A stretch of DNA of 39,098 nucleotides, taken from the NCBI GenBank assembly GCA_019408975.1, contig DXVA01000005.1, forward strand, positions 1 to 39,098, in the 5' to 3' direction. Below, in pieces: positions 8,756 to 18,189 of the stretch. Origin of the DNA: Lentisphaeria bacterium (GTDB lineage: Bacteria > Verrucomicrobiota > Lentisphaeria > Victivallales > UBA1829). Positions within the stretch are counted from its first letter, which is position 1. Each line of letters begins with the position of its first letter. Position numbers and translations under genes: made by a program. Below the pieces are notes generated by a model. The model saw only the letters and a program-made list of their open reading frames with translations. It did no database searches and was not told the DNA's origin.

Positions 8756-10684
8756 TTACTTCGGAATGGGCTCCAATATGGAACCACTGCCAAACAGCCA
8801 ATAGATACTGTGGGCACTCCATGAGTGACAGTTGGAACGCAACCACCATTGGTTCGGGAATACCTCCGGCATGGTCATGAGTCTTGGATCGGAAGCGGTT
8901 TCCAGATATTTTTTGAAACGTTCTTGAAACAAACTCTCCAGACCGTATGCACGGCAAGCTGCAAGGTAATAAAAGGAAAAGGCGATGCCACACTCATCCA
9001 AAACACCCTGTTCCAATATGGGAATAACAGAAGTCTCTCCAAGTGCCAGCAGAGCCCATACTTGTGCATGTTCGGAAATATAGCTGCGGCTTCTATTTTC
9101 AGTAAAGCAGTTCCGTTCCGGGAGATAATACGCCTTGCGCACTGCAAGCTCCAGTAGGCTGGCATTCTGCTCTGCGGCGTCCGCTGCTTCGGAATCTCCG
9201 AACACCCGTTCCAGATCAGCCAGATCTTTCAGAGAACGGATGAATATCAGGTTCAAAGTACATCCTTCTCCATTCCGGCATTCCGGCGGATACCCAGCTT
9301 CCCAGTTTTCCAGCCAATCAATGAAATTCCATCCGGGAACATGCAGAAGTCCATCCGAATCAAGATGGCCCAACAAGTATGCTGCTGCTTTGCGTATCGA
9401 AGGCAAGAGGAAACGGATCAGTCCATCATTTTTCCGTAAACGTGCATAGTCGTGAACCAGCTGAATCCAGAATGCGGTGAATGACGGGATATGCGTCCGG
9501 TAGAGTTCTCCATATTTCGGGACATACTCCACAGCCTCACGTGTAGGATAGCGGCAACTCATCGCACCCGATTCATACTGACCTTCGGCAAACTGCCGCA
9601 ACGCTTTCTCAATCAGGCGTACATCATCTGTCACGGACACCAGACTGAGCATGGTCAATCTGGTGTCTGAAATATATTGGAGCTGCTCGTAATAAGGGCA
9701 ATCCATCATTGTTTCCGCGGTACAGGCTTCTATGGTGCGCCAAGAATGCTTCAACAGACGCGACAATGCCGGATCACCGGGAATGTCCAACGTCCGGAGC
9801 AAATTCCACGGGTAACCATTGCGGAAGAAGCGCGCTGATTCCAGCCTGGCGTCTTCGAAAAGCGTAATCTCCAGCGTGCGTCCCGCATGCCAGAAATAAT
9901 CATTCCACCGCACTCGTTTTCCTGTAATCCGGAAACGGTCGCCCGGTCCGGAAGAGCATCCGAATGCATCACCCGGCTTCCGTTTCCGGAGAAACTCCGG
10001 AGAAAAATCCTGAACGTCACAACCGGGTTCCACCCACCGCAGACGCACTTCTCCTGTTCCGGAAAATTCGTATTCACCCCAGACGGTGACATAATCCTGA
10101 AACAGGAAGACGGTTCCCGCCCGCCCATAATCTGTGATCTCCTCCCTGCTGATGATGGACGGCAGTATGCCAGGTTCCAAGAGACGGGTATCTTTGAATT
10201 GGACGGGTTTGTGCCATTCGCCTCCTTTGCCGGAAAAGATTTCCCAGTTGAAATCTTCATCAGTAAGAATGTGCGGGTAACTCGCCCAGTCGGTTTTTGT
10301 ATTAACGAACGTACATCCCGCCGCAAGCTGGCATTTCCATGGACCGAAAACCGGATTACCGCATTCCTGAATCCAAAAACCATGACGGATCGACATCTGG
10401 CCATACGCAGTCATGCCATGGCCAAAGCAATAGACCGCCGCCGTCAGGCAATGAATCCCTGATTCAAGCCTCAGTGTGACGTGATTGGAAAACCACCGTT
10501 GCACCGTTCCCCGTTCCGGACCGGACGTGATGAAGCCCCCATCGCAAAACAGCTGGCAACGTTCATCCGCGCTGTAATCAAACTCCAAAGTTATTTTCTG
10601 CTTCAGTGTGAAGCAGGTGCGGTAGACACACAAATACGGAGGATCAATCGGCACAACCGGTTTCATCCATATTTTTGAAGACAT
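8756..10684 (-). CDS. Glycoside hydrolase, GH78-like alpha-L-rhamnosidase family ((alpha/alpha)6 catalytic domain)
   Basis: 642 aa. An N-terminal beta-sandwich-like region is followed by DCPYYEQLQYISDTR, which resembles the DCPxRE..GD signature of the rhamnosidase six-hairpin domain. No signal peptide is evident. Confidence 0.6.
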   Translation of the reverse strand: MSSKIWMKPVVPIDPPYLCVYRTCFTLKQKITLEFDYSADERCQLFCDGGFITSGPERGTVQRWFSNHVTLRLESGIHCLTAAVYCFGHGMTAYGQMSIRHGFWIQECGNPVFGPWKCQLAAGCTFVNTKTDWASYPHILTDEDFNWEIFSGKGGEWHKPVQFKDTRLLEPGILPSIISREEITDYGRAGTVFLFQDYVTVWGEYEFSGTGEVRLRWVEPGCDVQDFSPEFLRKRKPGDAFGCSSGPGDRFRITGKRVRWNDYFWHAGRTLEITLFEDARLESARFFRNGYPWNLLRTLDIPGDPALSRLLKHSWRTIEACTAETMMDCPYYEQLQYISDTRLTMLSLVSVTDDVRLIEKALRQFAEGQYESGAMSCRYPTREAVEYVPKYGELYRTHIPSFTAFWIQLVHDYARLRKNDGLIRFLLPSIRKAAAYLLGHLDSDGLLHVPGWNFIDWLENWEAGYPPECRNGEGCTLNLIFIRSLKDLADLERVFGDSEAADAAEQNASLLELAVRKAYYLPERNCFTENRSRSYISEHAQVWALLALGETSVIPILEQGVLDECGIAFSFYYLAACRAYGLESLFQERFKKYLETASDPRLMTMPEVFPNQWWLRSNCHSWSAHSIYWLFGSGSILEPIPK

Positions 10685-10730
10685 TACAAATTCCCTATTC
10701 CGTTATTTCCATTCATTTGCCGATCATCAA

Positions 10731-13700
10731 TCATTTGCGTTCCTTTCCGTCGTCATAGTTCAGCATGGGATAAAACGAAGTATTGACGATGTGCCCCACC
10801 CCGGGCGCAATCTGTATCCAGGAATCCCGCACATCGCTGTCGCATTCATTCAGCATCAGATTGAACCGGAATCCCTGTTTGAGTTTTTCCAGATCGGCTC
10901 CGAAAGCGCTCCACGGAATCTGAAGTTCGTAGATAGTCCGGTTTCCGTTGCGTGAAATCCGGCAGTCAAAAACGGAGATATCCGGGCGGAACCCCGCTGC
11001 GGGAGTCCAGACGTAGCGCTCAATTTCACCGTCATTGCGCAGGGCGCAACCAAACTGCCAGACATCTTTCTGTCCGGGGAACTGGCAGAACACCTGCAGA
11101 GAGTCTCCATGCCAGATATTTCCTCCGCGGTGCGTCTGGCGGTGTTCATCGTCCGTGGCATCCACCCGGATCCGGAAGAATTTTTTATCAGCGGCCACCC
11201 GGACTTCTGCGGAAAGATCCTGCGGGCCTTTCCAAAGCCGGAACACGTTGCCGGGATCTGCGTCAAAGAGTTCCACCACCTGTTCCCGCCTGTTCATAAC
11301 GGCGAAAGGTTCCTTTGCGTATTCTTTCCGCAGAAGATAGCCCAGATTGACGGGAATGGTGAGTTCCCCTTTCAGACCATTGTCCCCTTGTGCGCGAATC
11401 TGGATTGTCGAATCTGCCACCAGACCTGCGCGGCTGTATTCCAAATGCAGAATGACATCCTTGCGCCCTTTGGCGGGGAGAAGCGTTCCCGGTAGTTCTG
11501 TGGCGGTGATTCCGGGAGGACATTCCAGATGGAAACGGATGTTCGCCGGCCTGCCGGATGGATTGAACACGGTAAGCGGGAGCTCTACCCGTGTGCCTTC
11601 GCTCAGAAAAAGACGTTTCCGGGAGTAAGAAAGTATGCTGTCCCCTTTTTCGCAGCGCGTTGCGTTTTTCAAACGCAGGGCGCACGGCTCATTCGACACG
11701 GACAGGGAAACCAGATTCCCCAGACGCGGCGCCGGATGGACATTGCCCCACAAGTCCACAATCTCCGCCTGTTCCGCATCCGTCAGGAACGTATGTTGCG
11801 CCACGGTGCCCCGCCGGTCATGCCATACTGCGAATACCAGATCCTTCCCGTGCCGGAACCGGAATACATTGACCCCGGTTCCGTCGGAGAGGTCTTCCTC
11901 AAAACTGGTGTCACCACTCAGGAGACCGGTCAGTGTGTTATAAACGACATAGACGGGTTTGGGATAATAGTCGTTGGTCAACATTCCGTAATTGTGTTCC
12001 GGATTGCCGGGATCGAAGCCATCGTTGCGCAGATCATACCAGGTATAGCCGATGGAGCCGCGCGACCATGCGAAGACCAGTTTTTTGAACAGGGCCCTGG
12101 CCTGACGGAGTTCTCCGTAACCTGTTGAGGTCAGTGCTGTCTCATGTGCATACCAAGGCATTTTTTCCAGTCCGGTGCGCTTCCGCATTGGAAGCATTTC
12201 GTTGTCGATCATGCTGCGGAAATATTCCAGTGTGCCATGTCCATGGAAGCAATGGACGTCGAACAGATTTTTGCACAACGTCATTGCCTTTTCATGGAAT
12301 CCGTTTTTGCTCACGAAGTTGCAGAATCCGCCGCTCAGCAGTTCCGCTTTCGGGGCAAAACGGTTGCGGGCATCGTGCGCAATCTCCGCCAGAGTATGAT
12401 ACTCTTCCGGAGAGAAAGAGGAAAACGTTTCCAAATCCGGTTCATTCCAAATTTCAAACGCCTTGATCCGTCCGCCATAATGTCGAAAAATCTCATCGCA
12501 GTATGCCTTCCAGACTTCCGGGCGCGGCATTCCCGCATGTGGTTTTTTTTCATCTTTCCGAGGTTTTTTGTTAGCCCATGCCGCCGAGCCGTGGAGTACA
12601 AGTTGCACCTGAAGTCCATGTTCCTGCATGAAATCGATCACGGAATCGAAAAAACGATAATTCCAATATCCGGGGACAGGCTGAATCCAGCCGATCCCGA
12701 ACCCGTCGCGGATGAACCGGATTCCGACGGTGCGGCAGGCTTCCGCCTCAATCTTCCACGTTGCGGGATCCCTTTCCGACCAGTGCGTGTTCACTCCAAA
12801 CCGGAATTGTCCGGGACGGTAAGGCTGCTGAGTCCCCGTCGGATTCATAAACACGAATGAGCGTGTGATTTTTTCCGGCTTTTCCCCCTGCACTTCGATA
12901 ACCGCGTCCACATAATAGATTCCGTATTTTTCCGGATTTGGTATCCGGTAGAAGCGGCGGGCGCCCGGTCCAATCATCTCCTTGCCTGTAATAGCGCCTC
13001 CAACCTGTTTCCCGTTCACATCACGCACCGTGATCGTATTGGTACAGGCAATCCGGCTTCTGTTTGGATTGAAAACGACTCCCAGACAGACCCGGTTCTC
13101 CCGTGGTGAAACAACCCGGACCGAATGTCCGGTAAAAAGGTCAAACTGAAACGGAAGCATTTCCGCCGCCTTTTTCACGGGTGGCGGGTTTTCCTGTTTA
13201 CCGGAGGGCGTGATGTCAATATCAATTGAGTGCAGGAACATTTCCCCTTTGCCGGACTTGGGGGGAAAGCTGACTGCCATGCCGGAAAGTCGGATCGGAA
13301 AATCAAACTGTCCGTTTCTTTTCGATGAGTCTTTTCCGCTCATCCATGAGACTTTGCTCTTGTATGTTCCTGGAATCCGGAAATCTGCCGTGCCCCTGCC
13401 ATTCGCGTCATAGCTAATCTTGGAACCGACCGGAAACACTTCCCCGTCACGGTCAAGGAAGCGCAACTGCAATTCCTGCGGAGGGGTACCCTTCCCTGTC
13501 TGGAGTGTTACACGAACCTTCAATTCAGCAAACCGGGGAATTGCCGGAGTTTCCCGGAGCCAACCGAATTCAGCCCAGTTTTTTTGATTTGCATCCCACA
13601 GAAAATGCAGGAATGGAGCCTCGTCCCCGCCTTTGAGAATTCGGACTTGCTGTCCGGCTTTTCCAAACGGCGATGCCGCCGGAATATCCAGTTTCATTTT

Positions 13701-13769
13701 CTCGGCGAAAACAGAGCTCCCGCATATAATCACGGCTGAAATGACAGCAGCATGGATGTTTCTTTTCAT
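10731..13769 (-). CDS. Secreted clan GH-A glycoside hydrolase with C-terminal CBM9-like carbohydrate-binding domain
   Basis: 1012 aa. Signal peptide MKRNIHAAVISAVIICGSSVFA. AFEIWNEPD is the NEP acid/base motif of (beta/alpha)8 clan GH-A enzymes. The C-terminal ~200 aa (DDEHRQ...GDSLQVF...) resemble CBM9. Confidence 0.65.
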   Translation of the reverse strand: MKRNIHAAVISAVIICGSSVFAEKMKLDIPAASPFGKAGQQVRILKGGDEAPFLHFLWDANQKNWAEFGWLRETPAIPRFAELKVRVTLQTGKGTPPQELQLRFLDRDGEVFPVGSKISYDANGRGTADFRIPGTYKSKVSWMSGKDSSKRNGQFDFPIRLSGMAVSFPPKSGKGEMFLHSIDIDITPSGKQENPPPVKKAAEMLPFQFDLFTGHSVRVVSPRENRVCLGVVFNPNRSRIACTNTITVRDVNGKQVGGAITGKEMIGPGARRFYRIPNPEKYGIYYVDAVIEVQGEKPEKITRSFVFMNPTGTQQPYRPGQFRFGVNTHWSERDPATWKIEAEACRTVGIRFIRDGFGIGWIQPVPGYWNYRFFDSVIDFMQEHGLQVQLVLHGSAAWANKKPRKDEKKPHAGMPRPEVWKAYCDEIFRHYGGRIKAFEIWNEPDLETFSSFSPEEYHTLAEIAHDARNRFAPKAELLSGGFCNFVSKNGFHEKAMTLCKNLFDVHCFHGHGTLEYFRSMIDNEMLPMRKRTGLEKMPWYAHETALTSTGYGELRQARALFKKLVFAWSRGSIGYTWYDLRNDGFDPGNPEHNYGMLTNDYYPKPVYVVYNTLTGLLSGDTSFEEDLSDGTGVNVFRFRHGKDLVFAVWHDRRGTVAQHTFLTDAEQAEIVDLWGNVHPAPRLGNLVSLSVSNEPCALRLKNATRCEKGDSILSYSRKRLFLSEGTRVELPLTVFNPSGRPANIRFHLECPPGITATELPGTLLPAKGRKDVILHLEYSRAGLVADSTIQIRAQGDNGLKGELTIPVNLGYLLRKEYAKEPFAVMNRREQVVELFDADPGNVFRLWKGPQDLSAEVRVAADKKFFRIRVDATDDEHRQTHRGGNIWHGDSLQVFCQFPGQKDVWQFGCALRNDGEIERYVWTPAAGFRPDISVFDCRISRNGNRTIYELQIPWSAFGADLEKLKQGFRFNLMLNECDSDVRDSWIQIAPGVGHIVNTSFYPMLNYDDGKERK

Positions 13770-13856
13770 CCCGTCTCCTTATCAGTTTTTTTTGTAACCT
13801 TTAAAAATTGAATTTGTTTTGGCAGTCCCGCCTCAGCAGTGGCATCTTTTATCACT

Positions 13857-14630
13857 TCAATACACAACCATAGCGCCCCTGCTGAATTTGATATATTTGA
13901 CTTGCAAATCGTTATCCTGATGAATTTTTTTCAGATTGGAGGACCATACTCCCGGCGAAGTAGCCTCGATATGACCATCGTAATACAGAACGTTACCCTG
14001 ATTGGCATGCACATCGGAAAAGCCATGGGAAAAAGTACCAATGCCTGCGAGCGAATAAGTCGCTTTCATTTTTCCCTCTTCCAGAAGTGCCGCATCCCCG
14101 TATACCGGAGTGGAAGAGGGATAAGCGGCAGCTTTGAAATTAACGGCGAAAGCCTCGTTGTTGTTTATATTGATACTCCATTTTTCAGGCAGAGTATAGG
14201 CCCCCTGCCCACTCCACCATTTAGGGAATGCAAAACCATAAGTCGAAGCTAGCGCCCCGGCATTTCTCATGGGGAGATCTGGGCAGAACAGGATTTTTTC
14301 CCTTCCGACCGGAGTTCCATTATCCGGAGTTTTCAGATTATCATCACGATTCAGACCTATCAGGAGTTTCGGGGCGACATAAGTACCAGTTCCATACTGA
14401 AACAGGAATAGATCATTATAATCGCTCAAATATGCAAAGTTAAGCTGTCCGACCTGTTTCAGATTGCCGATACAGGAAATGGCGCGGGCTCTTTTTCTTG
14501 CGGAATTCAGCACGGGCATCAACATCCCTGCCAGAATCGCTATAATAGCAATAACAATAAGGAGCTCTATAAGGGTGAAATTCCTACGGTTCCTCCCTGT
14601 TGCCGGACGATACGTAATTCGACAATTCAT
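13857..14630 (-). CDS. Prepilin-type N-terminal cleavage/methylation domain protein with C-terminal H-X9-DG motif (DUF1559-like pseudopilin)
   Basis: [22 protein letters not shown] follows a short basic leader. The C-terminal [12 protein letters not shown] is an exact H-X9-DG. True start is ATG 14630 (MNCRITY...). The ORF-track extension to 15149 overlaps the AraC gene and is rejected. Confidence 0.85.
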   Translation of the reverse strand: MNCRITYRPATGRNRRNFTLIELLIVIAIIAILAGMLMPVLNSARKRARAISCIGNLKQVGQLNFAYLSDYNDLFLFQYGTGTYVAPKLLIGLNRDDNLKTPDNGTPVGREKILFCPDLPMRNAGALASTYGFAFPKWWSGQGAYTLPEKWSININNNEAFAVNFKAAAYPSSTPVYGDAALLEEGKMKATYSLAGIGTFSHGFSDVHANQGNVLYYDGHIEATSPGVWSSNLKKIHQDNDLQVKYIKFSRGAMVVY

Positions 14631-14718
14631 ATCCAGTTCTCCTCTTTTTTGTTGTTTTTTCCTTGAAAATATTCTTGTCGATGCTTTATTATATATCAAT
14701 TTCATGGAAAATAAAATG

Positions 14719-14730
14719 GACAGAAGAAAA
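14719..14730 (-). promoter_or_regulatory. Candidate operator/promoter element GACAGAAGAAAA (copy 1)
   Basis: This 12-mer is identical to 20581-20592. It lies about 90 bp upstream of the pseudopilin-GH operon, in the region divergent with the AraC gene. An adjacent 11-mer, ATGCTGGAATA (14769-14779), is also repeated at 20558-20568. Confidence 0.35.
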
Positions 14731-14768
14731 AAAAATGTGTCTGTTTGAAACCCGAAGGCTGTTTTTTC

Positions 14769-15563
14769 ATGCTGGAATACACCGAAAAACAGGATACTAG
14801 CAATTTCCTGAAAATCTATTGCTGCTGTTACGAGGAGAACATCTTCCCGTGGATTCAGGACAACTTGCAGACTCCTTCCTGGCGTTTTTACTGGAACATG
14901 GGTCCCGGAGCCTATCTTCGCTTCGACGAAAAGGAAGTGCCTCTTCTGCCGGAATATTTCTACATCATACCGGGGTATCTGCGTTTTTCCACGCTGGCAA
15001 AGGTGCCGTTCTCCCAGTTTTATATTCATTTTGACCTGAGTGAACGTCAATTGCCACAGAATGAACTGTTCCGATTGCCGGCAGAGGAAAAATCGCAGGA
15101 ACTGATCCGGCGTTTTATTCAGCGGAATGTCATCCCGGAGAACCGGCAACTGACTTGGCTAACCGCCGTTTCCATAGTCTCATCCGCACTGTTGTGTTTG
15201 GAAGAAAGTATCCTGCGTTTGCCTCCGGAATATGATCCGCGCATCGAAAGAGTTCTAACTTGGATTCATAAACATTTGAACAAAATTCACAACAACGAAT
15301 CGTTAGCGGAAATGGCAGGCATGAGTCGCAACGGCTTCCTGCGTCTTTTTGAAAATTCACTGGGCGAGGCGCCACAAAAATACTGTCGGAGAAAAAGAAT
15401 CGAACACGCCTGCGAACTGTTGCACTTCAGTGATCTGTCTCTGGAGGAAATCGCAGCGGAAACCGGATTTTCCGACCGCTATCATTTTACGAGGGTATTC
15501 TGGAAAGTGATGCACTTCACACCGGCGGCATTTCGCCGACAACTGCGCTCAGGACGAAAATGA
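14769..15563 (+). CDS. AraC/XylS-family transcriptional regulator
   Basis: The C-terminal double HTH ([41 protein letters not shown]...[31 protein letters not shown]) is canonical HTH_18. It is divergent from the pseudopilin-GH operon. Confidence 0.9.
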   Translation: MLEYTEKQDTSNFLKIYCCCYEENIFPWIQDNLQTPSWRFYWNMGPGAYLRFDEKEVPLLPEYFYIIPGYLRFSTLAKVPFSQFYIHFDLSERQLPQNELFRLPAEEKSQELIRRFIQRNVIPENRQLTWLTAVSIVSSALLCLEESILRLPPEYDPRIERVLTWIHKHLNKIHNNESLAEMAGMSRNGFLRLFENSLGEAPQKYCRRKRIEHACELLHFSDLSLEEIAAETGFSDRYHFTRVFWKVMHFTPAAFRRQLRSGRK

Positions 15564-15607
15564 ACTGCCGATATAGAACTTAGCACGATCGAAAAAATTT
15601 TAGAAAA

Positions 15608-15639
15608 ATACCGGAATGAACAGAAATCCAATCCGGTAT
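15608..15639 (-). terminator. Weak hairpin terminator after the GH78 gene
   Basis: ATACCGGA, a 16-nt loop, then TCCGGTAT, followed on the minus strand by a T-run. It lies between convergent gene ends. The loop is long, so confidence is low. Confidence 0.3.
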
Positions 15640-15648
15640 CAGGTTCCG

Positions 15649-18186
15649 TCATAAGGCAAACACCAAGAAATGTTTGCCGCCACGATATTCCTGTGGTTTA
15701 CAGTGAGGAATACGTACCATGGCACGGCATCCGGCAGGTATCTCGAATCGGTACTCCACCAGACTTCCGTTCCGTTTCCAATGCGAGCGCACCATACCTG
15801 CGCGTGATTTATAATCCGCTTCCACATGTCCCAGTTCATTCAGGAATAATGGAGCCAACTCAAAATGGTCAAATCCGGCTGTGTCCGGCAAAACCCGGAT
15901 TCCGGCGGGATAGCGGAACAGCCAAGCACAGGGACATCCCAACATTGGGTGGTTGTGTGAATTCATACCGGTTCCGGTGGCCAGCTCCCAACGTTCCCAA
16001 AGGGTTGTGGCACCATTTGCCAGCATATATCCCCAGCCCGGATAATCCGAGGACGAAACCAACCGCCAGACTAAATTGCCATATCCATATCGTGACAACG
16101 TCTCCAACAGATACCGGGTGCCGATGTTTCCGGTCGTGTGTTTACAGGCGTTTTCCTGGAAAAGTTCCGCAAGGCGCGCAGCGGCAAGCGGCTTTTCCTC
16201 TTCAGAAAACAGATCACAGTAAACAGCATAGGCATAGGCGGACTGGCTCTCGCGCTTCAGCCGCCCGGGACCAGAACGGAATATCCGCAGAAAATCTTCC
16301 CGTATCTGTTCTCGGTTTATCAGGATGTCCGAAGTATCCTTGCCGATGATTCCGGCAATTCGTTCCAGTAGAAGCAACGCGTAATGTGCCAAAGCGGTTG
16401 CAACCAGTTCATGCGGAACTGTAAAATTACGCGGGCTGTCATGCCCGAGATTGAATTTTAGCGGAGGCACCCAATCTCCAACCCAGCCGCCTTTCCGCAG
16501 AATTCCATCGGAATCACGGCTGTTCAGAAGGCAGTCCACCCAATGACAAAAATTCGGATACCATCGTTCCAGCTGAGAACGTTTGCCGTAGAAGGCATAA
16601 TTCAGCCACGCCGATTCCAGAAAACTGGAACAGACCGGATCTATTTCAAATCCCCAGTGAAGTGGAGCTGTCATTGGAATATCGCCTGTTTCCTGATTTT
16701 GTGCTTCCGCAATATCACATAGCCATTTACTCTGAAGGTTTGATTCATCAAACAGGTAAAGGGAACTCTCACAACGCGCCATCATGTCATTAAGCCATCC
16801 CATGCGCTCCGTCCGCTGCGGACAATCAGTTGGGACAGCATGAAGATTGCTTTCTTCTGTTCGGCGGATCATCTCGAAAATCCGATTCACCAGTTCATTG
16901 TCGCAGGAGAAACTACCCGTCGGACGACAGCCGCTCCGCAACACAATTCCGGTCAAAGTATCGGATTCTGGCACTGTAGGCAGGCCGCGCACTTCGACAT
17001 AGCGGAAACCATGGTAGGTGAAATGCGGTTCGTAAACCTCATAACCAGGACTCCCTTTTGCAATGTAGACATCTACTGCATGATCACCCAACAGATTTTC
17101 CTGATTCGCAGTCCCGTCTGAATAACGAGTTTCCGAGAAGATTAGTTCCACGCGGGTACCCGCCGGGGCGTGAATTTTCAGACGACACCAACCTGCAAAG
17201 TTACGTCCGAAATCCACGCTGTAACGTCCGTTGGAAAGTGGAACAATATGAACCGGTGAAATTTCTTCCTGCGGAGCGATTGGTTCTTCTTCCAGTCCGC
17301 GTGGTTCACCGGCAAGCCCTGAAACTCGGAATGCCGCCCGTTGACACGGCAATTTGACTCCGCTGGGCAGTGTCCATGAGGAAGCAACTTCCTGCCGGGC
17401 GTCGTATTCCTCGCCGCCATAGATACTGTTGCGAAAAACAGGCGACCGCCAAGCATACGGTAGAGAGAGATAATGCGAGCGAACAAGTAACTGTCGGTCA
17501 GCCTCAATTCGGTAACAGACGACTGGAGTTCCATACCATCCCGCTCCAGCATGAACGGCAAAAACATTTTCCCCCGGCCTCAACAGTTCCGTGACATCAT
17601 AAGTCAAATAGTGCCAACTTTTGGAGTAATCGCTCTGTGCCGGTTGAAGGACAGCATTGCCCCCCAACCGGACTCCGTTGAGCCACGACTCCGACCATGC
17701 CGGACCTCCCAGATAGACGCGCGCCATCCGATATTCAGACGGAACTTCGAAATAGTGCTGAAAATAGACTGCATGTCCTGACCAGCCACCGGGAAAACCG
17801 ATCCATTGTATATCCCAATCCTTAAGAGTAAGCAGCCCGGTCTCGAAAAATGCAGAGGGACTCCAAGGGCTTTCCCTGCCGATTTCATCCCAAAGCTTTA
17901 CCTGCCAGTAAATCCGGTCACGGCTTTGAAGCGCCGGGCCACCGTAACGATGTCCGGCACAAACATGTCCCTGAATTTTGCCGGAATCCCAAAGTAGAGG
18001 AACATCAGCGGAAAATGAAGCGTCTTTCGATGCTCGAATTCTCCATGCGGACTGTTCATGTGGGACGGAATCGGGAGAGATGCACCATGAAAATTCAGGA
18101 CTTACACCATTGATTCCCAGTGGATTTGTTAAATTTTCTGTTTTCAGATCAATTGGTAGAATAGTAGATTGTTTGGTCATTTTCAA
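15649..18186 (-). CDS. Alpha-L-rhamnosidase (GH78)
   Basis: 845 aa. The N-terminus ...LKTENLTNPLGINGVSPEFSWCI and the motifs DCPQRTERMGWLND and GATTLWERWE are hallmark GH78 signatures. Confidence 0.9.
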   Translation of the reverse strand: MKMTKQSTILPIDLKTENLTNPLGINGVSPEFSWCISPDSVPHEQSAWRIRASKDASFSADVPLLWDSGKIQGHVCAGHRYGGPALQSRDRIYWQVKLWDEIGRESPWSPSAFFETGLLTLKDWDIQWIGFPGGWSGHAVYFQHYFEVPSEYRMARVYLGGPAWSESWLNGVRLGGNAVLQPAQSDYSKSWHYLTYDVTELLRPGENVFAVHAGAGWYGTPVVCYRIEADRQLLVRSHYLSLPYAWRSPVFRNSIYGGEEYDARQEVASSWTLPSGVKLPCQRAAFRVSGLAGEPRGLEEEPIAPQEEISPVHIVPLSNGRYSVDFGRNFAGWCRLKIHAPAGTRVELIFSETRYSDGTANQENLLGDHAVDVYIAKGSPGYEVYEPHFTYHGFRYVEVRGLPTVPESDTLTGIVLRSGCRPTGSFSCDNELVNRIFEMIRRTEESNLHAVPTDCPQRTERMGWLNDMMARCESSLYLFDESNLQSKWLCDIAEAQNQETGDIPMTAPLHWGFEIDPVCSSFLESAWLNYAFYGKRSQLERWYPNFCHWVDCLLNSRDSDGILRKGGWVGDWVPPLKFNLGHDSPRNFTVPHELVATALAHYALLLLERIAGIIGKDTSDILINREQIREDFLRIFRSGPGRLKRESQSAYAYAVYCDLFSEEEKPLAAARLAELFQENACKHTTGNIGTRYLLETLSRYGYGNLVWRLVSSSDYPGWGYMLANGATTLWERWELATGTGMNSHNHPMLGCPCAWLFRYPAGIRVLPDTAGFDHFELAPLFLNELGHVEADYKSRAGMVRSHWKRNGSLVEYRFEIPAGCRAMVRIPHCKPQEYRGGKHFLVFAL

Positions 18187-18189
18187 TCC

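Noticed and set aside
7068-8804. 578-aa plus-strand ORF, along with 6853-7626 and 8005-8703 on the minus strand, overlapping the SSF transporter gene
   Set aside because: It lies entirely antisense to, or out of frame with, a transporter gene that has clear family features. The product is Arg/His/Asp/Pro-rich low-complexity sequence with no RBS. This is a typical shadow ORF in a G+C-richer coding region.
12543-12550. Homopolymer tracts as phase-variation switches: T8 inside the GH/CBM9 gene, A9 at 14727-14735 in the divergent promoter region, and T8 at 13787-13794
   Set aside because: The tracts are short, at or below the length where slippage is usually appreciable. The coding tract currently keeps the frame intact. 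A single sequence gives no evidence of length variation.
14631-15149. Upstream 173-aa extension of the pseudopilin ORF, and likewise 2625-2783 for the phosphodiester glycosidase
   Set aside because: The pseudopilin extension overlaps the AraC gene on the other strand. In both cases prepilin leaders and signal peptides must sit at the N-terminus, which fixes the starts at 14630 and 2784.
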